Virus record (IMG/VR): IMGVR_UViG_3300034032_000013
Span: 1 to 64,000 of that record
DNA: 64,000 nucleotides
Origin: a virus
Direction: 5' to 3' (one strand)
Under the pieces are notes generated by a model that worked only from the letters and a program-made list of their open reading frames with translations, made no database searches and was not told where the DNA came from. Below are positions 9,898 to 19,578 of this stretch, piece by piece (position 1 is the stretch's first letter; each line of letters begins with the position of its first letter). Both the position numbers and the translations under genes were made by a program.

Positions 9898-11249
9898 TGG
9901 CAAAAGTAAACGGTTCATTAGGTCAGACAGGACAATCTCAATCTGGAATTACTAATCAAGATAACTTTGATAAATTTAAATATATCATTGTACAAACTAC
10001 TGACATAAGTGAAGTTGTTGATATTATGAATAATCTTAATCCATATATAATTAATGATATTACCAACCCATTGTGGATTGTAGCTGTTAAGTATGGTATT
10101 AATAAAAATTCTACTCCAACCAAATATATTTATAAAGTAAGTAATTTAGGTAAAGGAACATATGGTTTAAATCAGACTCCACTTACACTTGGTAATATAG
10201 AATTAATTAGTGTATTAAATTTAACTGTAGAAAATGTTGAAATATTACCTAATACCCAAATATTTGATTTAGGTAATATTAATAATGTTAGTATTTCAGA
10301 TTATGTAAATACTTTAACACCATCAATAACCCTGCAATCTCAACTAATAGGATACAGATTGTTTAAAACAACTACAGGAGATTATTTATATATTTCTAAT
10401 GAGGGTACTTATGGACAGAATGATTTACAAACCGTAGATGAAGATTTTCAAATTTTATCAACAACTATAAATGTTAATTCTACATCAATATATCATCAGT
10501 CATTCACTTTTGAAGGTTCTTCAGATTTTAATTTAGATTTTCCTACAAATAATGTCATCTCTGTCAGTGTAAATGGTCAAACATTGAATCAAGTAGTTCC
10601 TGGACCAATTCAATATGAAATTAGTGAAGATATAATTCTTCATATATATGATACACTTGAATATGATGATATTATAACTATTACGTATAGTCACGTAATA
10701 ACAGATACTGAAGGATTTACAAAAGCAGAAATTATAGCTTTGATTAATCAAGCTTATAGACAAGAATTTACTTTAAGTTTCCCTAGAGTAAGAATTTCAA
10801 ATACTGGTGTTCCAGGAACATATCATATATTTTCACCTACTGCTGGAGATAGTGCTTTAAATATAACAACTAATATAGGTATTAGCGATACTAACTTAAT
10901 TGGTAATTATAATTTTGCAAGAAATCAAGTGGTAACGGTAGCACCATATGATTGTAGAGTAGACCATATTTACAGTCAACAAAATATATCAGGTGGTGCA
11001 TATTATGATATTGTAATATATAGAGGTACAAAACATCCTGATGAACCAATTAATTTTAGTTTTGTAAATAAAGTAAAGGTTGCACAAGTAAGTAGTGCAG
11101 ATGGTCAACAATCAATTTATCAAAATATTGCTGGTACAGAAACAATTAAAAAGGGTGATTTTATATTTATACTTTCTAAGTTAACTCATCCAACTCTTCC
11201 GAATACTATATCATTAGGTGGATTACATATAAGATTTAAACAAATATAA
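9897..11249 (+). CDS. tail fibre protein, paralogue 1
   Basis: 450 aa. The N-terminal ~190 aa is paralogous to the next gene (LGKGTYG..., NTQxxDLGxIxxxSIS, DFQ). The remainder is Asn/Thr/Ile-rich and beta-looking. Confidence 0.5.
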   Translation: MAKVNGSLGQTGQSQSGITNQDNFDKFKYIIVQTTDISEVVDIMNNLNPYIINDITNPLWIVAVKYGINKNSTPTKYIYKVSNLGKGTYGLNQTPLTLGNIELISVLNLTVENVEILPNTQIFDLGNINNVSISDYVNTLTPSITLQSQLIGYRLFKTTTGDYLYISNEGTYGQNDLQTVDEDFQILSTTINVNSTSIYHQSFTFEGSSDFNLDFPTNNVISVSVNGQTLNQVVPGPIQYEISEDIILHIYDTLEYDDIITITYSHVITDTEGFTKAEIIALINQAYRQEFTLSFPRVRISNTGVPGTYHIFSPTAGDSALNITTNIGISDTNLIGNYNFARNQVVTVAPYDCRVDHIYSQQNISGGAYYDIVIYRGTKHPDEPINFSFVNKVKVAQVSSADGQQSIYQNIAGTETIKKGDFIFILSKLTHPTLPNTISLGGLHIRFKQI

Positions 11250-13241
11250 ATGGATTCAACAATAAAAATAAAAGATGGTCAATTACAGAATCCTGGTGGT
11301 AATGGTAATGGTCAAACAATAATACAAGATAATAGATTTATATTAAAAAATATAGGTACTATTGATACTGATACACCTGTTAATGTTGCAGCTGCTATAA
11401 ATTCTTTACAATCATTTGTTGTAACTGAACACCAAATACCCATATTTAATTATACCAAGCGTATAGGAGAGAATACACAAGTAGTTGATGTAATATTATT
11501 AATGTTAGGTAAGGGTACATATGGTTCAGGTGGCACAGTTGTTACAGTAAATAATGTTAAAGTTATTTCACGTTATTATGCAACAACTTTAAACATTGAA
11601 GAATTAATAAATACTCAAAAAGTTGATTTAGGTGATATAGGTGCTTTATCAATATCACAACATATAAATGAAAATGATTCAATCTTTATTCAAGACCAAG
11701 CTGATGGATATGTAGTATTTAAAGCTATAATAAATGGATTAGAAAAGAGTTATCTATATTTAGGTCCTGGTGGAGATTTTGGTCTTGATGCAGATACAAT
11801 ACTTCAACAAGATTTTCAACCATTGTATGCTGAAATTGAACAAACTGAATTTGAAATTCCTTCTATTGATGAAGTAATATCTCAAGGTGGAAATACAACT
11901 TCTGGGTCAGTTAACTTTACATCAGGAAGTTCTAATGTTACTTTTAACAATGGATTGGGTTACACATCGGGAATGAACTCTGAAAGAGTTATTGTAAATA
12001 GAACAGATTTTGATGGAATTTATACTGTAATTATCAGAGGTAATAATATAGAGTTTAGTAAAGATGATGGTTCAGTATGTACATTTTATCCATCATTATA
12101 TGGTAATACCACAAATATATTTTTACCCGATGCAGATGGAACACTAGCTACTGAAGAATATGTAAATATAGCTATAGCCAGTAGTGGTGGCGGTGGAGGT
12201 GGTGGTGTAACCGAACAGCAGCTTGATGATGCTATTGACGGTGCAAATGCAACAGCGCAAGGTTACGCAAATACAGCGGAAAGCAACGCTATTGCTGCGG
12301 CTGCGGCTGCGTTGGCAGGGGATATAGAAGTAAATAACATTACAGCGGTAGGCAGTATTGATGCAGCTTCTGTGTCTGCAATTAATAACGTTATAGGTTC
12401 TAACATAACCGCAACCAACGCAACCGATATAGCCACTTTACAATCAGGTAAAGTTGACAAAGTTACAGGTAAAGGACTTTCAACAGAGGATTATACTACA
12501 GTAGATAAAGATAAAGTATCTCTATTATCAGGTACAAATTCAGGTAACGAAACAGCAACCACAATTGGTACACTTGTAAATGGTGCTACATCTAAAACAA
12601 CACCTGTTGATGCCGATATGATTCCTTTAATGGATTCAGCGGCTTCAAATATTATCAAGAAATTAAGTTGGGCGAATGTTAAAGCAACTCTGAAAACTTA
12701 CTTTGATACTCTTTACGCAACAGTAGCTGACTTAGCTAATTTAGAGAGATATTTTTATAGAAGTATAACACCTTCAACTATTACTGCTGGAACTACTACT
12801 CCTGGAACAGGTGATGTAGTAATGAGGTCTATAACAATTGCACCAAATACATTTGCAGTAGGTTCTTTATTGAAAGCTTCATTTAACGTAAGTAGAACAG
12901 CCAGCAATTTAGTTTATGCTGCTTATTATCTAACTACAACGCCTCCGACAGTAGGTTCATCACCGCCCGTAGGTTCAACACAAGTAGGAGGTTTTTATAC
13001 ATCAGGAGCTAGTGAACTTAGTTTTATATTTAGTAGAGTATTTGTTATAAAATCTGATGGTTTACACGTAAATAGAGTAGAAGGTACAGGTGCAGTAGAT
13101 AATGAAAGAGGTAGTACAATAGCTGCTCAAATCATTCCTTTTAATCCATCTACTACCTATTATCTTATGGAAATAATAAATAGAACTAATACTAGTAATG
13201 GTGTTGCAAGTGAAGCATCATTTGTAAAAGGAGTGAAATAA
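11250..13241 (+). CDS. tail fibre protein, paralogue 2 (mosaic, receptor-binding candidate)
   Basis: 663 aa with a shared N-terminal domain. It has a Gly7 linker and an Ala-rich coiled segment (ANATAQGYANTAESNAIAAAAAALAG). It also carries a KVDKVTGKGLSTEDYT motif of the kind common in phage fibres. Confidence 0.55.
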   Translation: MDSTIKIKDGQLQNPGGNGNGQTIIQDNRFILKNIGTIDTDTPVNVAAAINSLQSFVVTEHQIPIFNYTKRIGENTQVVDVILLMLGKGTYGSGGTVVTVNNVKVISRYYATTLNIEELINTQKVDLGDIGALSISQHINENDSIFIQDQADGYVVFKAIINGLEKSYLYLGPGGDFGLDADTILQQDFQPLYAEIEQTEFEIPSIDEVISQGGNTTSGSVNFTSGSSNVTFNNGLGYTSGMNSERVIVNRTDFDGIYTVIIRGNNIEFSKDDGSVCTFYPSLYGNTTNIFLPDADGTLATEEYVNIAIASSGGGGGGGVTEQQLDDAIDGANATAQGYANTAESNAIAAAAAALAGDIEVNNITAVGSIDAASVSAINNVIGSNITATNATDIATLQSGKVDKVTGKGLSTEDYTTVDKDKVSLLSGTNSGNETATTIGTLVNGATSKTTPVDADMIPLMDSAASNIIKKLSWANVKATLKTYFDTLYATVADLANLERYFYRSITPSTITAGTTTPGTGDVVMRSITIAPNTFAVGSLLKASFNVSRTASNLVYAAYYLTTTPPTVGSSPPVGSTQVGGFYTSGASELSFIFSRVFVIKSDGLHVNRVEGTGAVDNERGSTIAAQIIPFNPSTTYYLMEIINRTNTSNGVASEASFVKGVK

Positions 13242-13248
13242 TATAATT

Positions 13249-15486
13249 ATGAAAATTACAATATATAAAAGCGGAACTGCTCCAGAAATATTTGGTGAAC
13301 ATCTTGACGTAGTAAATTCATTATTAGATATAGGTGCTAAAACATTTGGTGTTGATATTGAAATTGAAGAAGATTTACCTGAAGATACTCCTGAAGAAAA
13401 TGAATTATACATAGTAAATTTACAGAAATTTAATATTGTTCCTGGTAAATTATTTAAAGATTCAGATGGTCATTATAATGATGAACAATACAGAATAGCC
13501 TATAACAATGGTTTAGGTGTACAAAGTGCAATGGTTTATGCAAAAGAGAATGGATATAAAGGTTGTTTAATGCCTAATAATATATACAGTTTCACATACA
13601 AGAAAGCCGAAGTAAAACAAGATATTTATACTAAAGGTGTTATTTACTTATTATCTGACCAAGTATTAGACCTCAATGGTTCTACATTTCAGGTTATATA
13701 TGACAGCACCAAAAAGTCACCATATCATACAGCACCTGAATCTGAAGCTTGGAAATTAGAAGGATGGTTAATAGCTACTCAAAATACCATTAATGCAGAA
13801 ATAACCAATGGTACATTAAAAGGTGATGTTTATGAACGTTCTTTTAATGATGGTGGTACTGGTTTTAATAGTGAAAATGGTAGAGAACAAACTTCTGGAA
13901 TTTCAATTTCTACCAATTCATATGGTGTCGATATAAACAACTTAGACATTAGTGGTTTTATGGGTGATGGAGTAAGAATGGTAACTCGTGGTTTCAGCTA
14001 CGCTCATAACTACTTTATTACACCTAAGATTATTGAAATGACTAAAGGATATTATAATCCTGATGGTTCATTAACAATTACTGAAGGAAGTTTTTATACT
14101 AACGAAATTTTGAAAATTGATAGAAGTCAATTAGCAACTAAATGTCCATTATATCCTAATCAATTACAATTACAAACAGGTGGTGGTTATACTAGGATTC
14201 CTAAATTCGGTGGACAACAATTTGTAGAAGTAGTTTTCTTTGATTCTAATAATGTATTTATAAGTAAACAAACTATACAATATCTTGATATTTTTACATT
14301 ACCTGAAAATGCAGTTGGAATACGTTTGCAATTAAAAGATATTGATTCTAATATTTTCGTACATCCACATATCGCATTTACTCAAGTAGCATCAAGAGAT
14401 GTTATTGTAAGTCATTGCGATATACACGATAATCATAGAGGCGGTATTTCTAATTGTGCAGATAACACAATTATTGAATTTAATAACATTGAAAATAACG
14501 GAATGGATTGCGGTATTGGTGCGCCAATATTTCCCGATTCAACGAGGTATGCAATTAATTGTGAGGACCACGTTAGTAATAATGTTATTATACGTTATAA
14601 TACTATAAAACGAGGTTTTGCAGGAATTGGTGTTGGTTGTTATAAAATGGAAATTTATGATAACGAATTTGAAAATATTGGAGGAGTATCTGTTTATAAT
14701 AATTTAAGTACGATAATTAGAAATAATATATTTAGAAATAGTGGTCAGATAGGTATAAGAAAAGGTACTATTTCTGCTGATATTCTTTTTGATAATAATA
14801 CAGTTATAAATGATTCAAATACAACTTTCTCTATAACAGCGGTTGACGGAACATCAACAGCATTATTTACAAATAACAATATTACAGGAAAAAATATACA
14901 AATACAAAGGTCTGAAGATGTTAAAATTTTATTTAATGATAATATTTTAAATTCAGATTTACTAGTTGGTAAATTAAATTATATAGCACAAAATATTAAT
15001 GTTGATGAATTCTTTAGAAACACTGTTACTTGGATAAATGAAGATAATTATCTTAAACTTTCACTATTTTATAAATCTGGTGGTTTTAATAAATTCATAA
15101 ATGTTGATTTTGCATCAAAAGCTAATTTAGGAACTGTAATTAATTTTACAAATGAAGAATTTACTGAATGCCATATCAACCCTATTGTAACTCCAAGTAA
15201 AGTGGGTGAATATTTAGTTGATATATCTAATTCAAAATTCAATGATTGTTTAATATCACCTTTTAATGGTTATATAAAAAATCCAACAAAAATTGAAGTT
15301 TCTAAATTAACACTTAATAATTGTGAGATTAACATAAAAGGTAAACAAACATTTGTAGCTAAGTCATACCCCAACACAATAGATTATGAGGTGAAATTAA
15401 TAGGTTGTGAAATAAATTATCTCGAAGAAAACCACCCATTATTAGTGGCAACAACATCACCAATAACAGAAATTAAAATAATATGA
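13249..15486 (+). CDS. tailspike with right-handed beta-helix (depolymerase-like)
   Basis: 745 aa with repeated PbH1-like turns (IVSHCDIHDNHRGGISN, IIEFNNIENNGMDCGIG, IIRNNIFRNSGQIGI, FTNNNITGKNIQI). Confidence 0.6.
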   Translation: MKITIYKSGTAPEIFGEHLDVVNSLLDIGAKTFGVDIEIEEDLPEDTPEENELYIVNLQKFNIVPGKLFKDSDGHYNDEQYRIAYNNGLGVQSAMVYAKENGYKGCLMPNNIYSFTYKKAEVKQDIYTKGVIYLLSDQVLDLNGSTFQVIYDSTKKSPYHTAPESEAWKLEGWLIATQNTINAEITNGTLKGDVYERSFNDGGTGFNSENGREQTSGISISTNSYGVDINNLDISGFMGDGVRMVTRGFSYAHNYFITPKIIEMTKGYYNPDGSLTITEGSFYTNEILKIDRSQLATKCPLYPNQLQLQTGGGYTRIPKFGGQQFVEVVFFDSNNVFISKQTIQYLDIFTLPENAVGIRLQLKDIDSNIFVHPHIAFTQVASRDVIVSHCDIHDNHRGGISNCADNTIIEFNNIENNGMDCGIGAPIFPDSTRYAINCEDHVSNNVIIRYNTIKRGFAGIGVGCYKMEIYDNEFENIGGVSVYNNLSTIIRNNIFRNSGQIGIRKGTISADILFDNNTVINDSNTTFSITAVDGTSTALFTNNNITGKNIQIQRSEDVKILFNDNILNSDLLVGKLNYIAQNINVDEFFRNTVTWINEDNYLKLSLFYKSGGFNKFINVDFASKANLGTVINFTNEEFTECHINPIVTPSKVGEYLVDISNSKFNDCLISPFNGYIKNPTKIEVSKLTLNNCEINIKGKQTFVAKSYPNTIDYEVKLIGCEINYLEENHPLLVATTSPITEIKII

Positions 15487-15505
15487 ACCTACTAAAATAA
15501 AATTA

Positions 15506-15922
15506 ATGAAAATACTGGACCAAAATCCAAAAGAGTATTTTGACAAAATTGTTGATGCTAAGAAAGAAGATAGACCTTGGGTTTTATCAGTTGTACTTAT
15601 TTTTTGTTCTTTTATAGTAGCTGTTGTATCCTTCTTTGTATTTAGAGCTGGAGAAGAAAAAGCTACTGCTAGAGCAATTAAAGCTGAAACAATGCTTGAG
15701 ACTCAAAGGGTTTTAAATCTAACTGATGCTAAAAATTGTCCTCAAGAAGTAAGAATGGCTGAAAAAGCAAGAGATGAATTTCACGAAGCAAGATACTTAC
15801 TTTTAGAACAAAAATATTTAAATGAACAAAAAGAATTCTTAACTAAGTTTGAACAACTTCATAGACAAAGTATAAATCTTAGAAATGAACAACAACGAAT
15901 TAACAAAATAGTAAGAGAATGA
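15506..15922 (+). CDS. single-pass membrane protein with coiled coil (holin/spanin-like, lysis cassette)
   Basis: 138 aa with one TM helix (WVLSVVLIFCSFIVAVVSFFVF) followed by a charged helical tail. It has an ATGA overlap with the next gene and lies just upstream of the endolysin. Confidence 0.4.
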   Translation: MKILDQNPKEYFDKIVDAKKEDRPWVLSVVLIFCSFIVAVVSFFVFRAGEEKATARAIKAETMLETQRVLNLTDAKNCPQEVRMAEKARDEFHEARYLLLEQKYLNEQKEFLTKFEQLHRQSINLRNEQQRINKIVRE

Positions 15923-16146
15923 TAAGAACAATTCTTATATCACTACTTTTTGTATTTATAACAAGTTATAAACCTTTAACAGAAATACATTATACGCCTG
16001 TAAACAAAATACAAGAAGTTGATTATGTAAACAAAATTCAAAATAACTTTAATGTGGTTGAAAATGACCTGGAAGAAGTTAAAGATATTTTAAACGACCC
16101 TAAAAAGCTTAAAGATATTAAGCGTAAAATTAAAAGAAATAAATAA
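15919..16146 (+). CDS. small membrane/secreted protein (lysis cassette)
   Basis: 75 aa with a hydrophobic N-terminus (MIRTILISLLFVFITS). Translationally coupled on both sides. Confidence 0.4.
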   Translation: MIRTILISLLFVFITSYKPLTEIHYTPVNKIQEVDYVNKIQNNFNVVENDLEEVKDILNDPKKLKDIKRKIKRNK

Positions 16147-16670
16147 TGGCAGCAGATAAAATAACCTTAGAGAGAATAAAGCAATCACATCCTAAAGTAC
16201 GTGAAGAACTATTACAAATATATAATCATATAAATGAGAAGATACTTGGTAAAGGGGTTCGATTAAGATTCTCATATGTGTATCGTTCACCTGAAGAGCA
16301 AGATAAATTGTTCTTACAAAGACCTAAAGTAACTGATGCTAGAGCTTGGCAAAGTATTCATCAATATGGACTTGCTTTTGATATAGTATTAATGTATGAT
16401 AATAATGGTGATGAAAACTTTGAAGAAGCATCTTGGAATATGCGTAGAGACCACGATAAAGATGGTATTGCTGATTGGTTAGAAGTTACCAAATATTTAG
16501 AATCTAAGGGGTGGAAAAATGGTTTTATTACTAATGGTAAAAAATGGGATTTTCCACATTTCCAAAAAGACTTTGGATTGAGCTGGCAAAAAATGAAAGC
16601 TAAAATTGATAGTGGTAGTTATTGTTCAGAAAATGTAAATGGTATACCAATTAAATATATAAACATATAA
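16146..16670 (+). CDS. endolysin, M15/LAS-type zinc peptidase (VanY / L-alanyl-D-glutamate peptidase-like)
   Basis: Contains the SxHxxGxAxD motif (SIHQYGLAFD) and a downstream DFPHF histidine motif. It is flanked by membrane proteins. Confidence 0.75.
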   Translation: MAADKITLERIKQSHPKVREELLQIYNHINEKILGKGVRLRFSYVYRSPEEQDKLFLQRPKVTDARAWQSIHQYGLAFDIVLMYDNNGDENFEEASWNMRRDHDKDGIADWLEVTKYLESKGWKNGFITNGKKWDFPHFQKDFGLSWQKMKAKIDSGSYCSENVNGIPIKYINI

Positions 16671-16672
16671 GT

Positions 16673-17308
16673 ATGAAAATAAATATAAAATGGGCACTGG
16701 TAATAGGTGCCCTATTATTATTGTTAGGAGGTTTTTTAATTGGTCGTTCAACAAAACAGACAGTTATTGAAAAAGTTCCAATTGTTGTACCAGGTCATTC
16801 AGGACAATCACCAATTATAGTTAATCCAACTCCTTTACCCTCTACTACTACAGATACGGTTATAATAGGTGGACAAACCATTGTAAATGAGAACCCTATT
16901 AATGAAGAGATTGCTAATAAATATATTGAATTAGGAAAACTATATTCAGGTACTTTACTTGAACAGGAAAGACTTAAATTATTATTATCTTCAACACAAG
17001 AAGAGAGATATGAAATTCCTTTTGAGGATGATTACATTAAGATTACAGGTAATTTTAAAACATATGGTAAGTTGTTATCAACTGAATATAAATATGATAT
17101 TAAACCTCGTACAGTAATGGCTGATGTACCTGTAAAGAAACCTTCTATTAATATATTAGGTGGACCTAGTGTGGAAAATAATTTAGACCTTACTAAGTTT
17201 AATGTTAATGCTAAATTAGGTTTACAAAGACGTAATGGAGATTTGATATTAGGGTCTTATGGTATATTTGATAAGTCAGTAGAAGTAGGTTACTTATTCA
17301 AATTCTAA
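16673..17308 (+). CDS. N-terminally anchored membrane protein (lysis accessory candidate)
   Basis: 211 aa with an N-terminal TM (WALVIGALLLLLGGFLIG), directly after the endolysin. Confidence 0.4.
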   Translation: MKINIKWALVIGALLLLLGGFLIGRSTKQTVIEKVPIVVPGHSGQSPIIVNPTPLPSTTTDTVIIGGQTIVNENPINEEIANKYIELGKLYSGTLLEQERLKLLLSSTQEERYEIPFEDDYIKITGNFKTYGKLLSTEYKYDIKPRTVMADVPVKKPSINILGGPSVENNLDLTKFNVNAKLGLQRRNGDLILGSYGIFDKSVEVGYLFKF

Positions 17309-17369
17309 ATTACTTACAAAATATTATAAAATAATTGGGTAAAAATTAGGATTTTACAAATATATTGTT

Positions 17370-17377
17370 TATCTTTG
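17370..17377 (+). promoter_or_regulatory. Bacteroidota-type -7 promoter box (TAtcTTTG)
   Basis: Matches TAnnTTTG, 25 nt upstream of ATG 17403. The same tatctttgtaa string recurs at 32898. It overlaps the 3' arm of a 12-bp inverted repeat. Confidence 0.4.
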
Positions 17378-17402
17378 TAAGTAATAATACTAAAACATAA
17401 CT

Positions 17403-18323
17403 ATGAAGTTAGAAGAAGTAAAAAGTTTTTTAAGAAATAGACGAGGTTATTTGAAAGAAGGTGGATTTAGACTTGCTGAAAGGTTAGGAACAAGAGACTT
17501 TGAAATGTGCAAACAAGCAATACGAGAAGTTAAAACTGAACTATATCAAGAAAGAGGTAGCTTAGATAAAAAACCTGAATTTGAACCTAAGAGAAATAGA
17601 GATATTTTTAATGGTGCATTTCAAAATAAAATAAAACCTGCTAAACAACCCATTGTTAAAGTAAAACAAAAACACGGTAAGAACGTTCTGATTATTGGTG
17701 ATTTACATTTACCTTTTTCATTAGAAGGTTATTTAGAACATTGTATTGAAACATATAATAAATTTAACTGTAACGAAGTAGTCTTTATTGGTGATGTTAT
17801 AGATAATCACGCAAGTTCTTATCACGAAACTGACCCAGATGGTGATAATGCAGGACAGGAGTTGGCTAAAGCAATTAGTCAAATTAAAGATTGGTATGAA
17901 GCTTTTCCTAAAGCAACAGTAATTATTGGTAATCACGATAGACTTATTATGCGTAAAGCTTATTCAAGTGGTTTATCTAAAATGTGGATTAGAGACTATG
18001 CTGAAGTATTAGGAGTACCTGGATGGAATTTTGTCGAATCAATAGAGATTGATGATGTTCTTTATATTCACGGTGAAGGTGGAACTGCACGGAATAGGGT
18101 GATTCAAGACTTACAATCAATTGTACAAGGACATTTGCATACTCAATGTTATGTAGAATGGGTAGTCGGTGCTAGATTTAAAGTATTTGGTATGCAAGTA
18201 GGATGTGGTATTGACCACAAGACATACGCAATGGCTTATGCTAAAGCTGGTAAAAAACCTGCAATTGCCTGTGGAGTTGTATTAAAAGGTATAACTGCAA
18301 TTAATATTATGATGGATTTATAA
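17403..18323 (+). CDS. calcineurin-like metallophosphoesterase
   Basis: All signature motifs are in order: GDLH (DxH), GDVIDN (GDxxD), GNHD, HGE, GHLH (GHxH). Confidence 0.75.
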   Translation: MKLEEVKSFLRNRRGYLKEGGFRLAERLGTRDFEMCKQAIREVKTELYQERGSLDKKPEFEPKRNRDIFNGAFQNKIKPAKQPIVKVKQKHGKNVLIIGDLHLPFSLEGYLEHCIETYNKFNCNEVVFIGDVIDNHASSYHETDPDGDNAGQELAKAISQIKDWYEAFPKATVIIGNHDRLIMRKAYSSGLSKMWIRDYAEVLGVPGWNFVESIEIDDVLYIHGEGGTARNRVIQDLQSIVQGHLHTQCYVEWVVGARFKVFGMQVGCGIDHKTYAMAYAKAGKKPAIACGVVLKGITAINIMMDL

Positions 18324-18341
18324 TAATAACAACAAACTCAA

Positions 18342-18368
18342 AGCCATTCCGAAAGGGTGGCTTTTTTT
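18342..18368 (+). terminator. rho-independent terminator
   Basis: agccattc-cgaaa-gggtggct hairpin (with G-U pairs) followed by tttttt. Confidence 0.6.
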
Positions 18369-18378
18369 ATATAACAAT

Positions 18379-19062
18379 ATGACAGAAGCACAATTATGTT
18401 ATTCGGTTCGTGAAGGTGTTAGACAACACACTGATGATACTGATATATCAGATAGATATATTATGTATCTTTTTAATTTAAAAAGAAGTAAGTTTCTTAG
18501 AAATGATTTAAATAACTTACAAAAAACTATTGACCAATCTGTTATACAAACGTTATGTATGGAACTTGAAGAAGTTCATATTAATGAATGTAATGTAGAT
18601 TATGATTGTGGCACTATTATGAGAACTAAATTGAAGTTACCTTCTCCTATAGAGTTACATCTTAAATCAGCTGTTATTAATGTTAAACCTACCAATAGAC
18701 TAGCTGTACCATTTAACTTTGTTAATAAAACACAAGCTATATGGAGTAAATATTCCTCTTTTGGTAGAAGTATTTATGCTTTTTTAGATAATGATGATTA
18801 TATTTATTTAGTTAGTGAATCAGATGCTATTAAACTTATTGAATGTATATCTGTATCAGCTATATTTGAAGACCCAATGTTATTAAAAGATTTTAATAAC
18901 TGCTGTGGTTGTCAAATACCTAAACCTTGCTATGACCCATTAACTACTGAATATCCATTACAGGCACATCACGTAGATAACATTACAGAAGAAATTATAA
19001 AAACTTTAATCAGGAAACTTCAACTTCCTGAAGATGAAACTAATAATGCGGATGATAAATAG
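18379..19062 (+). CDS. hypothetical virion-module protein
   Basis: 227 aa ORF. It ends in TAG immediately followed by TAA (19060-19065). Confidence 0.65.
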   Translation: MTEAQLCYSVREGVRQHTDDTDISDRYIMYLFNLKRSKFLRNDLNNLQKTIDQSVIQTLCMELEEVHINECNVDYDCGTIMRTKLKLPSPIELHLKSAVINVKPTNRLAVPFNFVNKTQAIWSKYSSFGRSIYAFLDNDDYIYLVSESDAIKLIECISVSAIFEDPMLLKDFNNCCGCQIPKPCYDPLTTEYPLQAHHVDNITEEIIKTLIRKLQLPEDETNNADDK

Positions 19063-19567
19063 TAAAAGGACAAAGGGTAAAATATCCAAGGATTATGGTA
19101 TGAGAGATTACTTTAAATACTATAAAACTAATAGTAAAAATCCTGTTAGTTCTCAGAAGTTTAATAAAGTAATATCTGAATTTAATAAAGCTATAGTTGA
19201 TGCTATTATTAATGATGGTTTAGAATATACACCACCTAAACTTCAAATGACTTTTTGTATTAGAAAATATAAAAAGCTTATTAAAATTGAAAATGGTAAG
19301 TTAGTAAACAATAATCCTATTGATTGGAAAACAACTAAACAATTATGGGATGATGATGCTGATGCTGCTGAAAGAAAAATACTTATTAAGTTTTTAAATA
19401 ATCATACTTCTAAATACATTTTTAGAATAAAAGTTTTAAAAACTGGATACTTTTATAAAAACAAAAAATTCTATAAATTTAAAGCTTGCAGAAGTTTTCA
19501 AAGAAGATTAGCTAAAAGAATATTAGACCCTAATCAAGATAACTTTCAGGCATATGATTTATACTAA
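19034..19567 (+). CDS. basic protein, possible HU/IHF-like DNA-binding protein
   Basis: 177 aa and Lys-rich. A helix then beta-arm-like segment (FNKVISEFNKAIVDAIINDGLEYTPPKLQMTFCIRKY) is reminiscent of HU/IHF. crAss-like virion modules are reported to carry IHF-like genes. The start is ambiguous (19034, 19046 or 19052). Confidence 0.3.
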   Translation: MKLIMRMINSKRTKGKISKDYGMRDYFKYYKTNSKNPVSSQKFNKVISEFNKAIVDAIINDGLEYTPPKLQMTFCIRKYKKLIKIENGKLVNNNPIDWKTTKQLWDDDADAAERKILIKFLNNHTSKYIFRIKVLKTGYFYKNKKFYKFKACRSFQRRLAKRILDPNQDNFQAYDLY

Positions 19568-19578
19568 TACTACAAAAT

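Noticed and set aside
12181-12205. Gly-codon run (ggtggcggtggaggtggtggt) as a phase-variable simple-sequence repeat
   Set aside because: The codons are mixed (GGT, GGC, GGA) and do not form a homopolymer or perfect short tandem repeat. It is more likely a flexible hinge.
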